From NCBI GenBank assembly GCA_946965045.2, contig OX337228.1, positions 1,674,001 through 1,738,000 on the forward strand: 64,000 nt of DNA. Direction: 5' to 3'. The notes beneath the pieces are model-generated. The model was not told the DNA's origin. It saw only the letters and a program-made list of their open reading frames with translations, and did not search any database. Each line of letters begins with the position of its first letter. The first letter of the stretch is position 1. The DNA is from Epithemia pelagica (taxonomy: Eukaryota > Protista > Bacillariophyta). Both the position numbers and the translations under genes were made by a program. This document shows, piece after piece, positions 56,500 to 64,000 of the stretch.

Positions 56500-58615
56500 G
56501 AACTCTCATTAGAGATAGCGATAGAGGCTCACAATTCACAACGATTTTTGTTGGAGCTAACTATACTCTATCCTCTATCATGTGTGTAAAAGAAGCAGTA
56601 GGTAGTTCGTAGCACGGGGTTCTCGATTCTCGATTTTCGAAATCGGAAGACGAGCAAGATAATACTATTCTTCTTCGGAGTACTACGAGTACTTTCTCTA
56701 GCTAGTACATCTACTCTCTATCCGTAAGCCCTATAAAATCTGGGATAATATGAGAGACACTATTTATGGGCTTTGTGTGTATTGGGCGAAGGAGTGCGAG
56801 GGGGAGTGGGTGGAGGATCGCCAATCGCCAGTCCCCAGGTCCCCAGCCTATTATCTACTCCTATGACTATGACCGATACCTATCTGCATTGTCGCGTCGC
56901 TGGTTTAGCTCACCAGAATCCTTCACGAAGTATTCGTAGATCTGCCTCGTCTCCGTCCTCCCAAAACCGCTCAGCACTCGTCACTACATAATCCATATCC
57001 CGTATGATCAGGGAGTACGAGTACTCCATATTTACATAATATTATTATTGTGGTGGGATACACATATTCCCGTGACTCAATCTATTCGCTATTAGTTGTA
57101 TTTGTACTATGTGCTACCCTTGCATTGATCTCATCAACTAGGAGCAGGGTGAGTACTTCTATTGATACACTCTAGAGAATGATAGGTTGCTTGCTTTCTA
57201 CGTTTCCGTTGTCGGTTGTCGGTAGGTCAACTCTCCATGTTCCATGTCCTCTGTGCGTGGTGTCTTGTGTTTGTGTGCTGTCGACAGTCGACAAACATAC
57301 GGACACTGAACACTGAACACTGAACACCGATCACGGGACAGGCACGGGACTGCAACGAGAAGTCCCCAGTCCCCAGTCTGCAGCAACTCTACCAAGACCA
57401 AGAATACTCTAGCTACCTACTTCTACTCCTATAGGAATAGATTTTTCTTGGTGAGTGGTAGGTACTCCTATGTAGTATGTCGTACTCGTATTGTGGTGAT
57501 TGGCATGTGGTATGTGTATGTGGTGTGAATAGTGAATATGTCCACGATCCACTTTCGAAAGCTGATTGCCTTTGGTCATTGGGTTTTTCAAAACGAAACT
57601 TAAAGCTTAAGTTGTTTGCATATTGCAAAGTCGTTCTTTCATTGCATAAGCTCTTAAGATGATAATTGTCCCGGGAGCCGGCAAACTGATACATCATCAT
57701 CATCATGAACTATTATCTCCATGATACCTAGTACGAGTACTCGTAACTCGTAGTAAAGAACAAGAACCGATGACAGATGACCGGAAATAACTTGGTAGGA
57801 ATAAAATCCCTATGTTATGGGTTGCGGGTCCGATTCTTCGCTGGTTCGATCTCTTGCAGATCATACCAACAGCGAGACCAGCTCTCCGCTATTAGAACCC
57901 CCTTCAAGCACTCTTGATCTTCCTAAGTACTCCTCTCTAGCTAGAGTAGCTATGGAGCACTCTTTATCCGTTCTCTTGTCATTCTACGACAGCCAGCTAT
58001 TCAGCTAGCTAGCTGAGGGCTCAAACCTCAAACACAAAGCATCGAGAACGTGCGGATTGCGGAATGCGGAACTGCTTGGATAAGCATATCGATTTTCTAT
58101 CGGACCAGCCAATCTTCTGTGCGGGTCTCAAGTGTCAAGTTTCACCTTTCCGGTTTCCGGATTGCGGTATGCGGGATAAGTGATAACGCATAAGCATAAC
58201 GGATGCTAATTCTATGCCGAGTCAGTAGCAAGAAGTACGAGTACAAGATCATCCAAACAGAGAATAATAAGAACGAAGTACCAGTACTCATAGCTCGTAG
58301 GCTTATACAAAACTTACTTCGCTCCCACCGGTTCCCGGTTCCCACCGGACAATAAACGCCCAAACCCACTGGTTCTCAACAATCGGGGAAGTTGGGGGCC
58401 GGTTGTCGGTTGGGGCTCTGGAAATTGCGCAAGATTAAGACCAACTACGCCTGAGTACTACTCCGAACTACACTGCATACCACGACATTACACATGACCG
58501 TTCTTTTCCTTTCCGTTTTCCCACAACAAATTGCACAGAAACTGAAGCTTAGGCCTTCTCCTCTCTTCAAAAGTGACCACCAAACACGGATTGTGCAATC
58601 GTGTCGTCTGTTAGA

Positions 58616-60293
58616 ATGACCATGGATGAAGGACCTTGCAAAAGCGTAGCTAGATCATCGAAGGATGATATCGAATTGAAAGATCTCCCAGTTTACAGTC
58701 TTTGCAACATGAAGGACGAAAACGGCGTAGCATGCGCCCCAAAAGGCGGGGTTGCCTGTCCATTTCCATGGCGTCTTCACGAGTGCCTGGAAGCCGTTGA
58801 AAAAGAAGGATTGGAACACATTGTGTCGTGGGCTCCACATGGACGGGCGTTTACTGTCCATCACCCCGACAAGTTCGTGGAACTTGTTTTGCCTCGGTGT
58901 GTAGATCTTGTCAAAGAAATATGTTTTATCTCCTTGTCTTCTTATTCAACTCTCTTTTGCGTTGAAATGCAGGTTCTTCGACCAAACCAAGTATCCCTCA
59001 TTCCAACGACAGCTTAACATATACGGATTTTCCCGTTTCCTTCAAGGTCGAGATAAAGGTGCTTATTACCACATTTGCTTTGTACGCGGACATCCATCCC
59101 TGGTGCGAGATATGGTTCGACAAAAAGTCAAAGGAAACAAACACGCCCCGAAAACCAAGAAGAAGGAGTATGACTTTTACCATCCTGCGTGGAAGACTCA
59201 CGTCGATGGATCGGCAGACTCCGCTGCCGCTCTTCTCAGTTTAGCTGAGAAGGCTTCAGATGAGGCATCTCTACCTACATCTGAGAGTGCCAAGGAAAAC
59301 GATTGCAATGAAGGCAACAAGGAGAAGAGAGACTCGCAGAAGACGTCGTTCCGCGAACGTCAAAGCGGGGATGCTTCGGTCTCTCGTCCAGAGGCCACAG
59401 TGCTACGACAATCGGCAGAGTCGTCTTCTCCTATTCCTCCTCCTGCTATGTATCCTCCTCAAGTTCCGATCGTCTCAACGGCACCTCTTACAGGTCATCT
59501 GGCGAATGATCGTGTGTTAACTGCCGCTTCTGGTCTCTATAATGCTCGTATGCATTCGGCTGCATTACAACCACAACAACGAGTCATTCTCTCGGGAGCG
59601 TCTCCCCAAGAGCTTCAAAACCATTATTTGCCACATGGAAGTAATGAACGTGTTGTTGTTTTACCCTCGTACGGACAACCACATTCCAAGGTTCCGCTAC
59701 TAGCCAATGCATCTGCGTTTTCATGTGCTGGCGAGCGACACCAATATCGTCCGGAATTGATCACTCAAAATCAGTACCAGGCAGCTCTCCACGAGCAGCA
59801 CCTCCTACAGGAACAGCAACGCACGCTCCTTGCAGCAGCCTTGCAAGAACGCTTGGTTTCGTCATCCGTTCCTGCTTCACAGCTGCACTACCCAGAAATG
59901 ACGCGGCTGCAGCACGAACAAGTCATGGCTCCGACACTTCCACGAGGCCACGTCCCTTCTATGCAGCCCACTGGTGTTGTGAATTTACCTCCTGGTAGTG
60001 CATCGCTGGTGAACGGATCCGTGGTGTCCTCTGCAGCCCAAGCCGTTGCAGCGAGGAAAAATGTTGTTGGTCAACCAACTCTGGTGCATCTTCCTGCAAC
60101 CTCTGCTTCAGCTGCTGGATATACGCAGTCACAAATCCAGACGGCCCGTCCTGCCCTACCCATGGGCCTCCCTCCTCCTTCGAACGAACCGAAAGCGCCG
60201 TATGTGACGCCCGTTGAAAGCAGTGCTAGTGTCATTGCACAATCTGGGCATGATCCTCTTGGGCGTGTCTATGTACTCCAAACTGTCAAGTAG
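58616..60293 (+). CDS. Heat shock transcription factor (HSF-type DNA-binding domain); 2 exons
   Basis: PFPWRLHECL, IVSWAPHGRAFTVH, LPR|FFDQTKYPSFQRQLNIYGF, GAYYH..FVRG. Intron 58897-58972 (GTGTGT...GCAG). Q/P/S-rich tail. Confidence 0.95.
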
Positions 60294-60818
60294 GAGTAGT
60301 AAGAAGCATCAGCATGGAAACCGCAGGGATTGTTTTGCTGACCAAACTTTTCGGGTGGTACGAGTATCTTTGGGTATATACTCTGTCACTGCAATGAATC
60401 AATTTTGTACTCTTTTCTCCTACATCTTCCAAATGTCGTTTTGGTACTTCGAGCACATATTAGTTCTTCCTGTTTTGTTGAAGCGATCTTCGTTTTCTTC
60501 AGTCCTCCCATCTACTCCTAGAGACTGTGTGTTCCAGTTTAGTGAACTAGCATGGAGGACAAAAGGCAATGCACCATATTATAATTCTCTTTGATTGCAA
60601 AACTGTATTAGAGTATTTTCATTATTTGTGTATCTATCTCTGGGTTTACCTACCCCTAACCCCTACTAAACCTGGCCTGCAATAGAGCCTAAACCGTACA
60701 GATAGTTTTTGGCGATGGGGGGTTGATCGAAAAGCGCCGCGCGTGGGGCGTGTGCGAAAACATTTTACAGAAGAGAGAAAACGCAACCCAAAGAGTAAAT
60801 TGACATCAAACCTTAATC

Positions 60819-63800
60819 ATGGCACCCAAGAGAAAGAGGATATGGAATGAAGACCTCGTGTTGGCTCTCCGAGCTCGTGAAGAAATGGCGCGGCAACAGG
60901 GGAAACAGCGCCAGTTTCTGTGGAGAGATGGAGCGCAGATTCTGGAAGGAGTTCGACACGACATTTACATGGTAAGTGTCGATAGTTAGTGCGTATATTG
61001 TATGAAAATAATCGAATGTATCTTCTAAATCGCACGTAATCCATTTGGATGTCATATAGTTCAAAACTGGACGTGTTGTTGGTTTACCGACCCATCAACT
61101 GAAGAAAACGGTGGATGATTTGTGTCGAAAGATCATGACAGGTGATGAACCTGTTTTGCCTGAAGGTTATGCACCGGCCGGTGCTGAAGAGCGCAGCCAC
61201 TTCACGGGAGGAAATCCAGTTCGCGATCATCCATACTTGAAACGTATCAAAATTCGTGGTGGTGCGTTCGCGATTTTGATGGCATTTCATTTGTGTAGGG
61301 GCCAACGCCAGAGCATGACCAAGGATCAGATAATTAGGGCAGCACAACCTTTTTGCGATGAAGCAATGGAAGGAAACTTCCACGCAGGAAGGCCCATTGG
61401 AGCGTGGAAATCCCACGAAACTCTGGTAAAACATGGTTTCGTGGTCGTACAGAAGGCACGTGTGGCCTATAACGAAAGGGCTGGAGGATTGCGTGCCATG
61501 GGCAAAAGCTCATATTCTCTGTCGCACGAAGGAGAGCATTTTATCGAGGCGTTGCTTCAGCTTCACCCAGACGTACAAAATGAGATTGGTATCCAGTCGA
61601 CATATGCGTCATCTTCTTCATCTGCTACAGCAGCAACAGGCAACTCCGCCTGGATGGATGGCTTTGGCGGGGGGTCGCCTCTTCCGCGTGCCTTGTCAAC
61701 AAACGAACAAGCAGACAAGGAACGCTTAGTGGGTTGGTTAGAAACTGCATCCGAAGGATCTTCTATCGATTTTGATGTTGGGAAAGATCGACGAAAGAGA
61801 CTACATCGGCTCTGCGACGAGCTAAGTAGCTCACCTGCTTTGCGAACGCAGGGCGTTGTATTGGACCATATGAGCTCAGGGACGAATCGACAACGTGCTC
61901 TCCGGATTTCCCTTGTCCCTTCGAGTACAAGATCAACTGGAACATCTACAGCGACTGCAAGGATGACCCATGAACAGCTTCTTCCACCTGAGACTCCAGA
62001 ACTCACCAGCACCATTGGCTCTGTACATCATCGTGTAACCCGAAGTCCAGATCGAGACGACTTTCCACGTTTTGCTAGTCCAGGTGGAGTCCTGAGTGAA
62101 GTGTCTCCGTCTAAGCGCTTGAGAACCACTGAATCGCGTGCTACTGTTCGTGCATCATGTGAAAGTGCGGCTTTGCTCCGAAGGGCTCTGTTCGAATCGC
62201 AACAGGAAAGCGATAAGTCTACTACGACGGCCGCAGTCCCAAACTCTTCTATTATTGAGCTTGTTGATGACTTGCCTCCTCCTTCAGAGAAGACGAAGAA
62301 GAAAACAGCATATGCTTCTATTATTGAGCTTGTTGATGACTCGCCTGCTCCTTCAGAGAAGACGAAGAAGAAAACAGTAGATGTGGTCGACCTTGTGGAT
62401 GAGTTCGATGTAAATGAGTGCATAATGGATCAGGCACCACGTAGAGATGACACTCTTCGATCGGACTCAAAGCCAACAGCTATCCCGAAACGCAAATTAG
62501 ACTTTCCTGCGTCCAACGTTCTCGAACTCCTAGAAAGTGATGATGATGATGACGAACTGCTTGCCGGTGGTCCCACTTTCAAAACAAAGTGCGAAAGAGT
62601 CCGGTCTTCGTCCTTCAAGGACTCCCAACTCATCGACATCCCTCACGGCGCTTTGCTGTCCATTGCAATTGATAACCGTGAGCGCAACCGTAATTGTACT
62701 CCTCGCTTTCTCCGAACGGAGCTTGTGAGGTTGGTTTCGTCTGGTCCAGTTTCATTTGCATGGCCATCGGTGGTGCGTCGTCCACAAGTTGTTGAAATGC
62801 CATTGACCTACGGTGACTTCAACTTCCTAATGAAAAATGAGTCTGGAAAAGAGTCGACGCTTGCCGTCATGGTCGAAAGAAAGAGAATTGGGGACTTGGT
62901 GCAACGCAGTGCGACCAGAGATCATTGGGGCCAACTTCAGAGGATGCGAGATAGATGCTCTGCCTTGAGTGTGCTACTGTTGGAAGGAGACTTTCGGACG
63001 GCAGCTGCATTCGTTGCCTTTGGTGCACCAGAGGGTTGGCGAAAACGTGACCACGTGATTGATGATGAGGAAAGTCTTCTGAGATTTATGGGTAGAGCAA
63101 TTCTTTCTTCAGGTAGTTTTCGATTTGTCCAAACTAAAGACGAGCAGGAGTCGCTACGAGCCGTCGCAGCTCTTGGCCTTGTCTCGATGGTGGCTTTAGC
63201 AAAGCAAACGGACCAACAGGTTGACAAGTTGAAAAATCCATACAAAGGAAGTGATAATGGTGGCCCACAGATTCTGGCGGATCGTCTACAAGCTGGTGGT
63301 ATCCCGTGGCAGATTGCCAAGGATTTATCTCAAGAGCTGGGATCTGTCCGTCAGTTCGATTCGCTCTATGCTGCGATCGAAGATAGTGAATGCCGAGAAC
63401 AGCTCTTTGCGCCGTTCATCGAAGATGCCTGCCTGCAAGTTGAATCGGAATCTTCACCTCACGCATGGAGTAAGGCCATTCATTCTGCACACTATACGAC
63501 TTGTTGCAATAGCCAGGAGATCCGAGCTCGTTTTCAAGGTACGGAGCAATTTGTTACAGATCGAGCAGAGCTTCTTTCCAGACTTCATTCAGGCCAAGAT
63601 CCAGAAGCAGCCATAAATGCCAGTTTCGATTCAAGTGGAAGTGCGTCGAGCACAGAGCTAGGACGACGTCGAGTTGTGCAAATACAACTCCCCGAGCACT
63701 TGAAAGATACTTTCGAGAGCACTGATTGCCTGCAACATACATCGTTTTACAGAATGCAATATAGTCCGCGGAAAAACCTTGTTGTGATGCAAACAAGGGA

Positions 63801-64000
63801 TGAACGGTACGAGTCAGAGCCCTTAGCCATTTTCCTTCTGGAGGGTATTACAATGGTGGAGCAGCTTCGATCCGCCATGAACAAAAATAGCGACTGCTTC
63901 ATTGCTTCACGAAGCCTCGCAGCTCAGTTGGACCGGGAAGTCTGTCGCCGTCCTGTTTCAATGTCACCTTCCTACTTCTCGCGGCGTGTCTTGCTCATAC
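60819..64000 (+). CDS. MUS81: MUS81-like structure-specific endonuclease (winged helix + ERCC4 domain), 3' end beyond the window; at least 2 exons
   Basis: Exon 1 60819-60971 (MAPKRKRIWNEDLV...), intron 60972-61059 (GTAAGT...ATAG), then a stop-free frame from 61060 to 64000 (translated by hand). Winged helix: RGGAFAILMAF..MTKDQIIRAAQPFCD..AWKSHETLVKHGFV..YSLSHEG. ERCC4: IAIDNRE...LTYGDF...MVERKRIGDLVQRS..DHWGQLQRM..LLLEGD. Confidence 0.88.
62248..62377 (+). repeat. In-frame 69-bp tandem duplication within the MUS81-like CDS
   Basis: tctattattgagcttgttgatgac..cct.ctccttcagagaagacgaagaagaaaacag occurs at 62248 and 62317. Confidence 0.95.

Noticed and set aside
57815-57860. tRNA-like ggttcgatc motif
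   Set aside because: No cloverleaf, D-arm or acceptor stem could be built.
56500-58600. Heat-shock elements (nGAAnnTTCn arrays) for HSF autoregulation
   Set aside because: Only partial two-unit matches (e.g. TTCacGAA near 56923); no canonical three-unit HSE was found.
60650-60670. Telomere-like cccctaacccctac as a telomerase RNA template or interstitial telomere
   Set aside because: Only about 2 imperfect units, in the MUS81 promoter region, with no supporting structure. Compatible with chance.
27451-64000. A clustered SUMO/DNA-repair system (SUMO-BTB, REX1-B, SIM-rich MUS81)
   Set aside because: The genes are 7-33 kb apart among unrelated housekeeping genes, and eukaryotic neighbourhood alone is not evidence of a shared pathway.

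Overview
Gene-dense eukaryotic nuclear DNA, most likely from a pennate diatom (inference). The evidence is short GT-AG introns of 76-185 bp, many bipartite signal+F plastid-targeting N-termini (ASAF-type), an HSF gene, and poly-Q/T/N low-complexity tracts. I reconstructed about 28 protein-coding genes, many with introns worked out by hand. They include an NDH-2, a SIRT4-like sirtuin, CCT4, a PDCD2-like protein, an organellar LysRS, a TEY MAP kinase, RPL5, TMEM18, REX1-B, an HSF and a MUS81-like nuclease. The MUS81-like gene is missing from the supplied ORF track because it runs off the window end. Two adjacent non-autonomous TIR elements (MITE-like) sit in a 3.8-kb intergenic gap at 55-58.6 kb, and a ~200-bp structured direct repeat flanks a sulfotransferase gene. 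The most unusual items are: (1) the MUS81-like protein, which carries an R3H-like domain, a tandemly duplicated SUMO-interacting-motif array and an extra C-terminal domain; (2) a riboflavin enzyme with GTP cyclohydrolase II placed before DHBP synthase, the reverse of canonical RibBA; (3) a tail-to-tail inverted pair of receptor-like membrane proteins with patchy near-identity; (4) a SUMO-like+BTB fusion; (5) a WHEP-bearing LysRS; and (6) a PAM2-like motif in a MAPK. No rRNA, tRNA or CRISPR array was recognised. All family assignments come from motif recognition by eye, with no database search.
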